Below are positions 15,658 to 26,201 of a DNA stretch of 53,911 bases, in pieces. The notes under the pieces were generated by a model. The model did not search any database. It was not told the origin of the DNA and saw only the letters and a program-made list of their open reading frames with translations. A program made the position numbers and the translations under genes. Each line of letters begins with the position of its first letter. Within the stretch, counting starts at the first letter, position 1. This stretch comes from an uncultured Chitinophaga sp. (lineage in GTDB: Bacteria > Bacteroidota > Bacteroidia > Chitinophagales > LD1): NCBI GenBank assembly GCA_964597415.1, contig CAZQYO010000001.1, positions 1 through 53,911 on the forward strand. The letters are read 5' to 3'.

Positions 15658-17544
15658 ATGTTTAAGAAGTATGACGTAATTGTAGTAGGGGCGGGACATG
15701 CCGGCTGCGAAGCCGCAGCCGCAGCAGCCAATATGGGAAGTAGCGTGTTGCTCATCACTATGAACATGCAGGTAATGGGTCAAATGAGTTGCAACCCGGC
15801 TATGGGAGGCATTGCTAAAGGCCAGATAGTTCGGGAAGTTGATGCACTTGGTGGCTATTCGGGAATTGTAAGCGACAAAAGCATGTTGCAGTTTCGTATG
15901 CTCAACTTGAGCAAAGGTCCGGCTATGTGGAGCCCTCGCACACAGAACGATAGATTGATGTTTACAAACCTGTGGAGAACCATGTTAGAAGGCACTAAAA
16001 ATGTGGATTTCTGGCAAGATATGGTTAGTGGGCTGTTAGTAAAGGACAAAAAAGTGTGCGGAGTGAAGACTTCAATGGGGATAACCATTGAAGCCCAAAG
16101 TGTGGTTTTAACCAACGGAACCTTCCTAAATGGACTTATCCATATTGGCGAAAAACACTTTAGTGGAGGTCGGGCAGGTGAAAAAGCCGCTCACGGCATT
16201 ACCGAACAATTAGTAGAACTGGGCTTTGAATCAGGTAGAATGAAAACCGGAACCCCCCCACGAATAGATGGACGCAGCTTAGACTATTCTAAAATGGACG
16301 AACAGAAAGGCGATGAAGAGGTAAGCGGGTTTTCTTTCAAGAAAGGAATGCACCCCTTCGGTCGCCAATCTTCACCGGCTATCAGCCAACTCAGTTGCCA
16401 CATTACTTATACCAATCAAAAGGTGCACGATATTCTTCGCACCGGGTTCGACAAAAGCCCTATGTTTTCAGGGAGAATAAAAGGCTTAGGACCTCGTTAT
16501 TGCCCAAGCGTGGAAGATAAAATTGACCGATTTGCCGATAAAGATCGGCATCAGCTATTTGTAGAGCCGGAAGGATGGAACACGGTAGAAGTTTATGTAA
16601 ACGGCTTCTCTACGTCCTTGCCCGAAGAGGTGCAATTCAAGGCACTAAAAGAGGTTCCCGGCTTTGAAAACATGCGGATGTTCCGCCCCGGTTATGCTAT
16701 TGAATATGACTATTTTCCGCCCACCCAATTAGAACATACGCTGGAGACAAAGTTGGTGAAAAATCTCTTTTTTGCAGGGCAAATTAATGGCACTACCGGC
16801 TATGAAGAAGCTGCTTGCCAAGGCTTAATGGCGGGTATTAATGCTCATAAAGCTGCTCGGGAGGAAGCCCCTTTTGTGCTGAAACGTTCTGATGCCTATA
16901 TTGGAGTATTGATTGATGATTTGATCACTAAAGGAACGGAAGAGCCATATCGAATGTTTACCAGCCGGGCAGAATTTCGTATTCTTCTGCGCCAGGATAA
17001 TGCCGATTTGAGGCTTACCGAATTAGGGTATAAACTCGGCTTGGCAGATGAAGACCGCTTGAAAAGAGTGAGAGAAAAGAGAGCGGCTATAGATGCCATT
17101 CGTAAATATTTTGGCGAATACGGAGCCGAGCCTTCTGTATTGAATGTCGCTCTATCAGAAGCCGGTACCAGTGGTTTGAGTCAGCGGGTAAAATTAGATA
17201 AAGTACTTTCCCGCCCGCAGGTGGATATATCCCTGCTTAGAAAATCATTGAAAGAGGTGGATGAATTCCTTTCTCGATACGATAAAGAGTTTATTGAAAG
17301 TGCCGAAATTGAAATGAAATATGAAAGCTACATACGCAAAGAGGAAGAACTGGTGGAGAAAATTAATCGCTTGGAGGATGTTCACCTACAAGGAGACTAC
17401 GATTACAGTAAACTAAAGTCCCTTTCTATGGAAGCTCGAATTAAATTGACTAAAATTAAACCTACTTCTCTGGGGCAGGCAAGTCGAATCAGCGGGGTCT
17501 CTCCGGCTGATGTATCGGTATTGTTGGTTCACTTAGGAAGATAA
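15658..17544 (+). CDS. mnmG: tRNA uridine 5-carboxymethylaminomethyl modification enzyme MnmG (GidA)
   Basis: 628 aa with the N-terminal FAD motif VIVVGAGHAGCEAA, plus GRAGE and GTTGYEEAA blocks. Confidence 0.95.
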   Translation: MFKKYDVIVVGAGHAGCEAAAAAANMGSSVLLITMNMQVMGQMSCNPAMGGIAKGQIVREVDALGGYSGIVSDKSMLQFRMLNLSKGPAMWSPRTQNDRLMFTNLWRTMLEGTKNVDFWQDMVSGLLVKDKKVCGVKTSMGITIEAQSVVLTNGTFLNGLIHIGEKHFSGGRAGEKAAHGITEQLVELGFESGRMKTGTPPRIDGRSLDYSKMDEQKGDEEVSGFSFKKGMHPFGRQSSPAISQLSCHITYTNQKVHDILRTGFDKSPMFSGRIKGLGPRYCPSVEDKIDRFADKDRHQLFVEPEGWNTVEVYVNGFSTSLPEEVQFKALKEVPGFENMRMFRPGYAIEYDYFPPTQLEHTLETKLVKNLFFAGQINGTTGYEEAACQGLMAGINAHKAAREEAPFVLKRSDAYIGVLIDDLITKGTEEPYRMFTSRAEFRILLRQDNADLRLTELGYKLGLADEDRLKRVREKRAAIDAIRKYFGEYGAEPSVLNVALSEAGTSGLSQRVKLDKVLSRPQVDISLLRKSLKEVDEFLSRYDKEFIESAEIEMKYESYIRKEEELVEKINRLEDVHLQGDYDYSKLKSLSMEARIKLTKIKPTSLGQASRISGVSPADVSVLLVHLGR

Positions 17545-17553
17545 GCGAAACTC

Positions 17554-19239
17554 TTGAAAATCCAATCATTGAAACCCGAAAAGAAAGTGACCTTGCGGTT
17601 ACTACGGCTCTTGTTGGCCGCAGCAATATTATATGGCTGCGCCAATGAAAGTGCTCCACTGGGAGGAAAAGAAGATAAAGACGCGCCTACTCTTAAAGAG
17701 GTTTCGCCTCCCGACAAAACAATTCATTTCAAGAGCACAAAAATTCAGCTCACCTTTAGTGAATTTATTCAACGCACCGGTTTTGCTCAAACGATCATTT
17801 CGCCTCCACTCGACAAGCCACCGGTTTATCGCGTCAGTAGAAACAAACTAACAATACAATTAAAGGGTGAACTACAGCCCAACACAACGTACACAATTAA
17901 TTTTGGGGACGATATAAAGGATGTAAATGCCGGAAACATTGCCTCTAACTTTACCTATGTATTCTCTACCGGGGATTATATTGACTCACAACAAGTGAGC
18001 GGAAAAGTAATCCGCGCGGATAATGGGGAGCCGGCCGATGGAGTAATCGTCTCGCTCTATTCAAAGGATTCTGTAAACGGAATTCTGAGTTCTAAGCCCA
18101 TCTATTTTGCTAAAACAAATAAGGACGGAATCTATCAAGTTCGGAATGTCCGCGCTGATCTATACAATATCTTCGCACTGAAAGATCAGAACTTCAATTA
18201 TCGGTTTGACCAACCAAACGAACTCATTGGTTTTACTGACCGCCTGCTGGATTTAACAGGCTCACTTCCCCGACAGCAAGATTTTTTAATTTCTCCAGAT
18301 TCAAAAAGAAAGGTTTCTCTTCAAAGTGTTAATTGTCTGGAGCCGGGAAAACTATTAATAGCCTATTCAGCTCCATACCACACCCTCAAAGTAGATGGAG
18401 ATTTATTTAAAAATGGCAGCATAGAGTGGAATTATGACACGAATGATACTTTAATCGCTTGGTACTCAGCATACTATGAACAAAATGCCGAGTTATTTCT
18501 TAGAGCAAATGATACCCTGTATGATACTGCCAGAGTCAAATTAAAATATTTAGACAGGGATTCAGTAAAGCAACTTTCTAAATACTCATTAGCAATTACT
18601 AATCAGTCACTTATAAAGCCTATTCCGACTGGCATAGAGGAAAAGAATAATGTTCAATCTCTTTATGGAGCCATTAAAATAAATTTCTCTCGCCCTATTA
18701 TCGAAATAAGCGAAAATAAAGGCCTTCAGATTTTGGAAGATTCCATTCCATTATCATCATCTTCAATAAACTGGTTGCTTGACGAAAAATCAAAACAGGT
18801 CATCGAACTCACTTTTGATAGAAAGGAAAATATTACGTACCATTTAATTATTCCCGATTCAATGTTTCGGGACATTTTCGGATTATGGAATAAAAGAATG
18901 GTTTGGCCATTTACCATAAACAAGAAAGACAACTACGGAAATATTGCTTTGACCCTGACTATTGCCGACACATCAAAAAACTATGTAGTAAAATTATTAA
19001 ATAGCAATGGGGTGCCAGTGAAAACCATCCGAACCTCCGGAACAACTAAACGCAAGGAAAAGCTTAATAATATTCCGGCTGGAGTCTATCATGTGTCTGT
19101 AATAGAAGATACGAATAACAACGGACGTTGGGATACCGGTGATTTTTTACTCCGAATTCAGCCGGAAAGAGTGTACAACTTCAAAGAAAATTATACGCTG
19201 AAAGGGGGATGGGATTTGGATGTAGAGTTAAAATTTTAA
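17554..19239 (+). CDS. Ig-like domain-containing lipoprotein
   Basis: 561 aa with the lipobox-like LLAAAILYGC. The SbsA-type Ig-like N-domain pattern is DKDAPTL...TFSEFI. The C-terminal NNNGRWDTGDF is DUF2141-like. The start is a TTG at 17554 (a GTG at 17587 is also possible). Confidence 0.6.
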   Translation: MKIQSLKPEKKVTLRLLRLLLAAAILYGCANESAPLGGKEDKDAPTLKEVSPPDKTIHFKSTKIQLTFSEFIQRTGFAQTIISPPLDKPPVYRVSRNKLTIQLKGELQPNTTYTINFGDDIKDVNAGNIASNFTYVFSTGDYIDSQQVSGKVIRADNGEPADGVIVSLYSKDSVNGILSSKPIYFAKTNKDGIYQVRNVRADLYNIFALKDQNFNYRFDQPNELIGFTDRLLDLTGSLPRQQDFLISPDSKRKVSLQSVNCLEPGKLLIAYSAPYHTLKVDGDLFKNGSIEWNYDTNDTLIAWYSAYYEQNAELFLRANDTLYDTARVKLKYLDRDSVKQLSKYSLAITNQSLIKPIPTGIEEKNNVQSLYGAIKINFSRPIIEISENKGLQILEDSIPLSSSSINWLLDEKSKQVIELTFDRKENITYHLIIPDSMFRDIFGLWNKRMVWPFTINKKDNYGNIALTLTIADTSKNYVVKLLNSNGVPVKTIRTSGTTKRKEKLNNIPAGVYHVSVIEDTNNNGRWDTGDFLLRIQPERVYNFKENYTLKGGWDLDVELKF

Positions 19240-19251
19240 TCTTGCAAGTAT

Positions 19252-19764
19252 ATGGCTCTATTGTTACCGGTTAAAGGCATTTCGCCCAGCTTCGGAAACA
19301 ACTGTTTTTTGGCTGATAACTGCACGGTTACCGGAGATGTGGTAATGGGGGATAATTGTAGTGTATGGTTTACCGCAGTAATACGTGGTGATGTGCACTA
19401 TATTCGTATTGGCAATAAGGTAAACATACAGGATGGAGCAATTATCCATTGCACCTATCAAAAAGCACCAACAAACATAGGCAACAACGTATCTATTGGA
19501 CATCGCGCTATGGTGCATGGCTGCACTATACGAGATAATGTGTTGATTGGTATGGGAGCTATAGTAATGGATCATTGCGAAATAGGAGAGAACTCAATCA
19601 TAGCGGCAGGAGCGGTAGTGCTCGAAAACACGAAAGTAGAACCCGGCAGTATTTATGCCGGCATTCCGGCAAAGAAAGTGAGAGAAACCGACAAAGAGCA
19701 ATTCAAAGATTTAATTGAGCGAATCAGCAATAATTACGTCATGTATTCAGAATGGTATAAGTAA
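19252..19764 (+). CDS. Gamma-carbonic-anhydrase-like / hexapeptide-repeat family protein
   Basis: 170 aa with left-handed beta-helix hexapeptide repeats and a conserved His pattern (IGHRAMVHGC). Confidence 0.8.
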   Translation: MALLLPVKGISPSFGNNCFLADNCTVTGDVVMGDNCSVWFTAVIRGDVHYIRIGNKVNIQDGAIIHCTYQKAPTNIGNNVSIGHRAMVHGCTIRDNVLIGMGAIVMDHCEIGENSIIAAGAVVLENTKVEPGSIYAGIPAKKVRETDKEQFKDLIERISNNYVMYSEWYK

Positions 19765-19768
19765 TAGG

Positions 19769-20302
19769 ATGGAAGATTTCAATAAAGAAGAACAAGTAGT
19801 GTTAGTGGACGAGGACAATGAGGTGCTCGGCTACATGGGTAAATTAGAAGCTCACAACAAAGGATTATTGCACCGAGCCATCAGCATCATTATTTTTAAT
19901 AATAAAGGGGAAATGCTGTTGCAACAGCGCGGCTTAAATAAGTATCACTGGGCGGGTATCTGGAGCAACACCTGTTGTTCGCACCCGCGCAAAGGAGAAA
20001 GCTTCAGAGAAGCAGCAGAACGAAGGTTGTTTGAAGAACTCGGATTTCGCACTGCGTTAAAAGAAGAGTTTCACTTTATCTATAAAGCCCGCGATGAAAA
20101 AAGCGGCCTTACAGAATGGGAGTACGACATGGTGTTTACCGGCACTTACAATGAGCCTTTTGATTTTAATGTAGAGGAAATAAATGCTATCCGATGGATG
20201 CAGCCTTCAGCAGTGTTGTTGGATATTGAAAAGCATCCGGACGAATATTCCTTCTGGTTCAAAATAATATTGGAAGAACTGAAAAAGAAAGAAATTATTT
20301 AG
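19769..20302 (+). CDS. idi: Isopentenyl-diphosphate delta-isomerase, type 1 (Nudix)
   Basis: It has the motifs HRAISIIIFN, SNTCCSHP and EWEYD. The ATG at 19769 (MEDFNKEE) avoids overlapping the upstream gene. Confidence 0.85.
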   Translation: MEDFNKEEQVVLVDEDNEVLGYMGKLEAHNKGLLHRAISIIIFNNKGEMLLQQRGLNKYHWAGIWSNTCCSHPRKGESFREAAERRLFEELGFRTALKEEFHFIYKARDEKSGLTEWEYDMVFTGTYNEPFDFNVEEINAIRWMQPSAVLLDIEKHPDEYSFWFKIILEELKKKEII

Positions 20303-20306
20303 AAAG

Positions 20307-20945
20307 ATGGATTTGCTACCGGAACTAATAGAAAAGTATATAGAAGGGAATTCTACTAAAGAAGAACCATTATTAAAAGAGTTAGCCAGAGAAACACACT
20401 TAAAAATTCAAATGCCGCAGATGCTATCCGGGCATTTGCAAGGCTTGTTTTTAGAATTTATCTCTACCCTGGTTCAACCGAACCGAATACTTGAAATAGG
20501 CACCTTCACCGGATACTCTGCCATCTGTTTGGCTAAGGGATTGACCGCAAAGGGTTGCTTATATACGATTGATATAAATGAAGAATTACAGCCTATGGTA
20601 GAGAAATATTTTCATAAGGCAGGAATAGATCAAAAGGTAAAACAATTGATAGGAGATGCCCTTGAAATAATTCCTACACTAGAAGAGACCTTTGATTTAG
20701 TTTTTATAGATGCAGATAAAATAAACTATTGCACATACTATGATCTGGTGTTTGATAAGGTGAAACATGGGGGTTACATTATAGCAGATAATGTGCTGTG
20801 GAGTGGTAAAGTGATACAAGAAAAAAAGGATAAGGACACTCAGGCAATTGATGATTACAATAAAAAAGTAGCAGCCGATTCGCGCGTTAAAAATTTTATT
20901 CTTCCATTGCGCGATGGACTAAATATTGCACAGAAACTTATTTAA
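20307..20945 (+). CDS. Class I SAM-dependent O-methyltransferase (caffeoyl-CoA OMT-like)
   Basis: 212 aa with ILEIGTFTGYSA (SAM motif I), FIDADK and IADNVLW. Confidence 0.8.
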   Translation: MDLLPELIEKYIEGNSTKEEPLLKELARETHLKIQMPQMLSGHLQGLFLEFISTLVQPNRILEIGTFTGYSAICLAKGLTAKGCLYTIDINEELQPMVEKYFHKAGIDQKVKQLIGDALEIIPTLEETFDLVFIDADKINYCTYYDLVFDKVKHGGYIIADNVLWSGKVIQEKKDKDTQAIDDYNKKVAADSRVKNFILPLRDGLNIAQKLI

Positions 20946-21012
20946 GCACAACATCCCGTAAACAAATCACGTTCTACTTGTAGAGTGCACCCGGTATTTT
21001 AGAACTTGGAAA

Positions 21013-22242
21013 ATGCTGTCTATGAAGAATACGTTGATGTTGGTTTTTGGTACCGTGTTTTTGTTGCCTCTTTTCGGACAACAAAAGGAAGGAATTGTAA
21101 ATTATGTTTCTCAGTACAAAGACGTAGCTATTGAAGAAATGGTGCGCACGGGCATTCCCGCCTCCATTACTTTAGCACAGGGAATTTTGGAGTCAGGCTG
21201 CGGTCAATCTGATTTATCACTAAAGGCAAACAATCATTTTGGTATTAAGTGTAAAGATGAGTGGAACGGCAAGCGCTTTTATCAGGATGATGATGCGCCC
21301 AATGAGTGTTTTCGTGTATATGCAAATGCCCGAGAGTCTTATGCTGACCATTCTGATTTTCTGTTGACCCGGTCGCGTTATGCCGATTTGTTTAAACTAC
21401 CCGAAGGAGACTATAAGTCTTGGGCCTATGGCCTAAAGGCTGCGGGTTATGCGACTAACCCTCAATATGCGCCTAAGTTGATTAATTATATTGAGACCTA
21501 TTCATTACATCAGTACGATGAAATAGGGTACGCCATGATACAGAAAAGAGAGATATTGCTAACCACCCAAGCAGAAAATGCAGCGGTTGAAATTGTTTCA
21601 ACAGAAGCATCTACACCATTTAAAACCAGTACAACTAAAGAGAAAAATAAAGCTACTCCTGACGAATTTATAGTCAATGGAATTCGAGCCATCAAAGCGG
21701 AAGGAAGTGAAGATCCATTCGCTATCGCTTTTGAGTATAATATTGACTATGCGCATGTGCTTTCTTTTAATGATTTAAATAGCGGTGAGAAGTTCAAGGA
21801 TGGAGAAAATATTTTTCTGCAACCGAAAAGGAATAAGGCCGAACAAAATATTTATAGAGTGCAGGAAGGGGAAAGTGTGCGAGATATATCACAGAAATTC
21901 GGAGTAAAACTCAAAGATCTTTGTTATAAAAATCTGCTCAAACCAAATGAACAAGTAATGGCCGGTGAAAGTATTTACCTCCAAGATAAAAGAAGTACCG
22001 CGCCTAAAACAATTACTTATTCCGAGTATTTGAAAACGCTTGACCGGCCGAATTTCACCAAACAAAATGGCAAGTCTTCGGAAACATCCATCATAAACAA
22101 AGGAGCTTACGAGGTGCAACAAAAGGACACGCTTTATTCTATCGCAAAGAAATTCAATACCACAGTTGACAAAATTAAGGAGATAAATAACATGGATGAC
22201 AGCAGCATCCGACCCGGACAAACCTTAGTGGTATCGCAATAA
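21013..22242 (+). CDS. Glucosaminidase-domain peptidoglycan hydrolase with LysM repeats
   Basis: 409 aa with a signal peptide. The glucosaminidase block is ITLAQGILESGCGQS...NNHFGIK. Two C-terminal LysM-like repeats are present (YRVQEGESVRDISQKF, YEVQQKDTLYSIAKKF). Confidence 0.8.
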   Translation: MLSMKNTLMLVFGTVFLLPLFGQQKEGIVNYVSQYKDVAIEEMVRTGIPASITLAQGILESGCGQSDLSLKANNHFGIKCKDEWNGKRFYQDDDAPNECFRVYANARESYADHSDFLLTRSRYADLFKLPEGDYKSWAYGLKAAGYATNPQYAPKLINYIETYSLHQYDEIGYAMIQKREILLTTQAENAAVEIVSTEASTPFKTSTTKEKNKATPDEFIVNGIRAIKAEGSEDPFAIAFEYNIDYAHVLSFNDLNSGEKFKDGENIFLQPKRNKAEQNIYRVQEGESVRDISQKFGVKLKDLCYKNLLKPNEQVMAGESIYLQDKRSTAPKTITYSEYLKTLDRPNFTKQNGKSSETSIINKGAYEVQQKDTLYSIAKKFNTTVDKIKEINNMDDSSIRPGQTLVVSQ

Positions 22243-22311
22243 CAGGTTCTTCCCGAAAGTAACCTTCTAACTTTGTAAGGATAGATTTGTTCTACCGTCC
22301 GACAGATAAAA

Positions 22312-22983
22312 ATGAGACCCTCATACACTATACCCATTGTTTTTTTTGTTCTATTCGGAACATTGGCATCATGCGGACAGAAGGGGCTCAATAATGAAAA
22401 CTCAGACATTCAACTTAACATGCAAAATACAATAAAAGAAACTGCTGAACAAGATACCATCACCTTAGCTGGCGGATGCTTTTGGTGCACGGAAGCAATT
22501 TTTCAAAGATTGAAGGGAGTTGTTTCCGTAAAATCGGGGTATAGCGGTGGGGAAGCGAAAAACCCTACTTATGATGAAGTGTGCACCGGCCTCACCGGAC
22601 ATGCCGAAGCCATACAAATAACATTTAACACAAAAGAGATTTCTTTGGCCGAAATTCTTAAAGTCTTTTTCAAAACCCATGACCCCACTACTTTGAATCG
22701 CCAGGGAAATGACTCGGGCACTCAATATCGCTCTGCCATATTTTACCGAAATGAGGAACAGCGAAAAATGGCAGAAGAAATAAAAGAGGGGCTGGATAAA
22801 TCAGGGGCTTACAATTCACCTATCGTGACAGAAATAAGCCCCCTTACAGTTTTCTATGCCGCAGAGAACTATCATCAGAATTATTACAATCAAAACAAGA
22901 ACTCTAACCCCTACTGCCAGTATGTGATTGTCCCTAAGCTGGAGAAATTTGAACACTATTTCAGCGATAAAATAAAGTACTAA
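22312..22983 (+). CDS. msrA: Peptide-methionine (S)-S-oxide reductase MsrA (lipoprotein/secreted form)
   Basis: 223 aa with the active-site GGCFWCTEA and the HDPTTLNRQG block. It has an N-terminal signal/lipobox (LASCG). Confidence 0.9.
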   Translation: MRPSYTIPIVFFVLFGTLASCGQKGLNNENSDIQLNMQNTIKETAEQDTITLAGGCFWCTEAIFQRLKGVVSVKSGYSGGEAKNPTYDEVCTGLTGHAEAIQITFNTKEISLAEILKVFFKTHDPTTLNRQGNDSGTQYRSAIFYRNEEQRKMAEEIKEGLDKSGAYNSPIVTEISPLTVFYAAENYHQNYYNQNKNSNPYCQYVIVPKLEKFEHYFSDKIKY

Positions 22984-23045
22984 ATAAGGAGGTGTAGTCG
23001 TTTTGCCGGCTAAAAGGGATCATTATTTTTGATGAAACATCATGA

Positions 23046-23597
23046 ATGGAAAAAATAGTCCAACTGGTTGACAAAACGTTTAAACTATTTAAAAGCGAGA
23101 GTGAAATCCTCTATGCCATTCGTCAAATAGCCCACAACATAAACAATGATTATATCGGCAAACGACCCTTGTTGGTGCCGGTGCTAAACGGGTCATTTAT
23201 GTTTGCTTCGGACTTAATGAAAGAATTGAAATTAGATTGTGAGGTGTCGTTTATAAAAGTTGCGATGTATAATGGGGATCAATCTACCGGAGAGATAGAT
23301 ACTCTTATCGGACTCCACCACAACATAGAGGGTAGGCATGTCATTATTGTGGAAGACATCGTGGATAGCGGCTTAACTTTATCTAAACTACTTCCTGCTT
23401 TTTTAGAAAAGAATCCGGCTTCACTAAAAATCACATCCCTTTTATTTAAACCTTTTGCGCTCAGAGCTAACCTAAATATTGACTATCCGGGAATGGAAAT
23501 TCCGAATGATTTTATTGTGGGTTATGGCTTAGACTATAATGGGCTTGGCAGAAATCTCCGCGACATTTACCAAATGATTCCTGAAAGCGAATCATGA
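23046..23597 (+). CDS. hpt: Hypoxanthine phosphoribosyltransferase
   Basis: 183 aa with the PRPP-binding motif VIIVEDIVDSGLTL and the C-terminal GYGLDY. Confidence 0.85.
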   Translation: MEKIVQLVDKTFKLFKSESEILYAIRQIAHNINNDYIGKRPLLVPVLNGSFMFASDLMKELKLDCEVSFIKVAMYNGDQSTGEIDTLIGLHHNIEGRHVIIVEDIVDSGLTLSKLLPAFLEKNPASLKITSLLFKPFALRANLNIDYPGMEIPNDFIVGYGLDYNGLGRNLRDIYQMIPESES

Positions 23598-24790
23598 AGA
23601 GGGTGATTATCGTTGGTGGTGGTGCGGCCGGGTTTTTTGCCGCCTTATCTTGTGCAAAACACCATCCGGATTACAAGGTTACTATCCTCGAAAAATCACA
23701 AAAACTATTGGCAAAAGTTAAGGTAAGTGGCGGGGGAAGATGTAATGTAACTCACGCCTGCTTTGATGCCTCCTATTTAGTGAAGTTTTATCCGAGAGGT
23801 GAAAAACAGTTACGTGGGCCTTTTACCAGATTTAACCCTAAGCATACTATTGATTGGTTTGCTGAACGGGACGTAAAGTTGAAACAAGAGCCGGATGGCC
23901 GAATGTTTCCGGTTACAGATTCCTCACAAACTATTATTGATTGTTTTTTAAAAGAAGCACAACTACTCCACATCCAAATCAAAACAGGTATTGGTTTAGA
24001 TAAACTGAGCAAGGAAAACAATAGCTGGAAGGTGCATACTTCTGATAAGCAGATTTTAGAGGCAGACGCTGTTATTATTTCTACCGGAGGAGCCTTACAA
24101 GTTTGGAAAGCATTAATGAATTTGGGTCTTTGTATAGTGCCTGCGGTACCCTCTCTTTTCACTTTTAATATACGGGACAGCAGACTGCAAAACCTTCAGG
24201 GTATTTCTGTGGAGAATGTTTCTGTAGCGATGAATGAAAAACGCGGGATACAAATAAATGGGCCATTATTAATAACACATTGGGGGCTTAGTGGCCCCGC
24301 AGTTTTAAAGCTATCGGCTTGGGAGGCTCGCAAGCTGGCAGCCGCGAACTACAACTTTGAAATAGTAGTTAACTGGACAGGAACACTGACAAAACATCAA
24401 GTGAGCGAAGAAATAAAAAGCTATAAGAATAAATATTCCCGGCACCAAGTGGGCAAGCATCCGCTCTTTAATATTTCTTCTCGCCTTTGGAATGTTCTGG
24501 TAGAGGTGCCGCACTTGAATTATGCCGATTTATCGCGAGAGCAAATAGAACGGATTTCGGAATCACTGAGTCATTCCGTTTTTAAAGTGCATGGGAAATC
24601 TACTTTCAAGGAAGAGTTTGTTACAGCGGGAGGAGTTGATTTATCGGAAATAGATTTTAAAACGATGCAGAGCAAGCGTTTCCCCGGTTTGTATTTTGCA
24701 GGAGAAGTGTTAGATATAGATGCGATTACCGGAGGCTTTAATTTTCAAGCGGCATGGACCACCGGATACATTGCAGGTTCTTCAGTTTGA
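23594..24790 (+). CDS. NAD(P)/FAD-dependent oxidoreductase, HI0933/BaiN-like flavoprotein
   Basis: 398 aa with VIIVGGGAAGFFAA, GGGRCNVTH and the C-terminal FAGEVLDIDAITGGFNFQ. Confidence 0.85.
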   Translation: MKRVIIVGGGAAGFFAALSCAKHHPDYKVTILEKSQKLLAKVKVSGGGRCNVTHACFDASYLVKFYPRGEKQLRGPFTRFNPKHTIDWFAERDVKLKQEPDGRMFPVTDSSQTIIDCFLKEAQLLHIQIKTGIGLDKLSKENNSWKVHTSDKQILEADAVIISTGGALQVWKALMNLGLCIVPAVPSLFTFNIRDSRLQNLQGISVENVSVAMNEKRGIQINGPLLITHWGLSGPAVLKLSAWEARKLAAANYNFEIVVNWTGTLTKHQVSEEIKSYKNKYSRHQVGKHPLFNISSRLWNVLVEVPHLNYADLSREQIERISESLSHSVFKVHGKSTFKEEFVTAGGVDLSEIDFKTMQSKRFPGLYFAGEVLDIDAITGGFNFQAAWTTGYIAGSSV

Positions 24791-26145
24791 GTTTTGGGTA
24801 AAGTAAAATAGAAAGTTGTTCCCTGTCCTTCTTCACTTTCTATCCAAATTCTGCCACGGTGTATATCAATAATCTTTTTACAGATAGCTAAGCCGATGCC
24901 GGTTCCTTCATAATCTACTCTGCTATGGAGGCGCTTAAATGCTTGAAATACGGTGCTGAAATGCTCTTCAGAAATTCCCATTCCATTATCTCTAACATAA
25001 AACAGTACTTGGCAATCTTCCGCAATGCAACCAATCTCAATCACAGGAGTTCGAAGTTCACTTCTATACTTAATGGCATTTGAAATCAGATTCTGAAAAA
25101 GTTGTGTCAGTAATCTCGTATCACCGGCCACAGATTCAAGCTCGCGAATATGGATTTCAGCTTCGCTGTCATAAATGGCCTTTGATAGCACTGATCTTAC
25201 ATCGGCAATTACAGTCTCTACAGGAACGGTTTCCGAAGGTTTGTCAATGACGCTCAATTTGGAGTAGGAGAGGATGTCGCTGATAAGTTGGGTCATTTGC
25301 TGAGTGCCCCGACACACGTGGTCAATATACTCTTTGATGTCGTCCTCGTCCAAACCAAGTCGCCTCAGTTCCCGTTGAATCAGCGTTACAAATCCTGAAA
25401 TAGTACGCAACGGCTCTTTGAGGTCATGCGAAACTATATGTGCAAACTCTTTCAGTTTCTCATTGGAGGTTAATAGGTCTTGGGTGCGCTCTTCTACCAT
25501 TTTCTCCAACTCTTCTTTTTGTTGAGCTAATCGCTGCGCAAATTTTTCGTTTTGCTCAATAATGGTATTCATATACCCCAGCAGCCAGGTACTGATGAAC
25601 GCTAAAACAATGATGGCTACAAAAACAGCAGCAAAATGTTCCCAAACAAAAACGCCCATTTCCGGAATAGCTCTCAAATTAAAATAGATGACCAAAGAAT
25701 GAGTAAACAAAATCATCTCAAACATTACTCCGTAGAAATAAATCACTTTGTTTTCTCGAAAAAAAGAAATGATTAGAAAATAGATTCCGATGAGTGATGC
25801 CGCATCCATGTAAATTCGATAGCGAATGGCTGGATTGGTATTATAAATATCGCAGAATACATTTTGCAGAATAACTAGAAACAGTGTTGCGAAAGCCATC
25901 AGGTGGCCGGATGCTTCAACCTGCTTTTTTTTAAAAAGAAACAAGGAAGTCAAAATGCCCAATAGTGCTATTGCTCCGCTGATGTTATAAATGAGCCCCA
26001 TACCAAGTATTAGCTGGCCGATAAATACAAAAGCCGAAACGAATAAGGCGGAAAGAATAAAGTAGTAAAGAAAAGAAGCTTTCTTCTGTTCAAAAGCAGA
26101 GGCATTTCTATAGCCTGAAAGGAAATAGCTTTTAATAAAGTGCAT
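24745..26145 (-). CDS. Membrane sensor histidine kinase (orphan, no response regulator in the window)
   Basis: 466 aa with about 6-7 N-terminal TM segments. The HisKA H-box is FAHIVSHDLKEPL. HATPase N, G1 and G2 boxes are present (NAIKY, DNGMGI, GTGIGLA). Confidence 0.85.
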   Translation of the reverse strand: MHFIKSYFLSGYRNASAFEQKKASFLYYFILSALFVSAFVFIGQLILGMGLIYNISGAIALLGILTSLFLFKKKQVEASGHLMAFATLFLVILQNVFCDIYNTNPAIRYRIYMDAASLIGIYFLIISFFRENKVIYFYGVMFEMILFTHSLVIYFNLRAIPEMGVFVWEHFAAVFVAIIVLAFISTWLLGYMNTIIEQNEKFAQRLAQQKEELEKMVEERTQDLLTSNEKLKEFAHIVSHDLKEPLRTISGFVTLIQRELRRLGLDEDDIKEYIDHVCRGTQQMTQLISDILSYSKLSVIDKPSETVPVETVIADVRSVLSKAIYDSEAEIHIRELESVAGDTRLLTQLFQNLISNAIKYRSELRTPVIEIGCIAEDCQVLFYVRDNGMGISEEHFSTVFQAFKRLHSRVDYEGTGIGLAICKKIIDIHRGRIWIESEEGQGTTFYFTLPKTQTEEPAMYPVVHAA

Positions 26146-26201
26146 AAAAAAACCACCCGATGTGGATACAAGGGTGGTTTACGAAAAAGCAGGTAAAAGG
26201 T

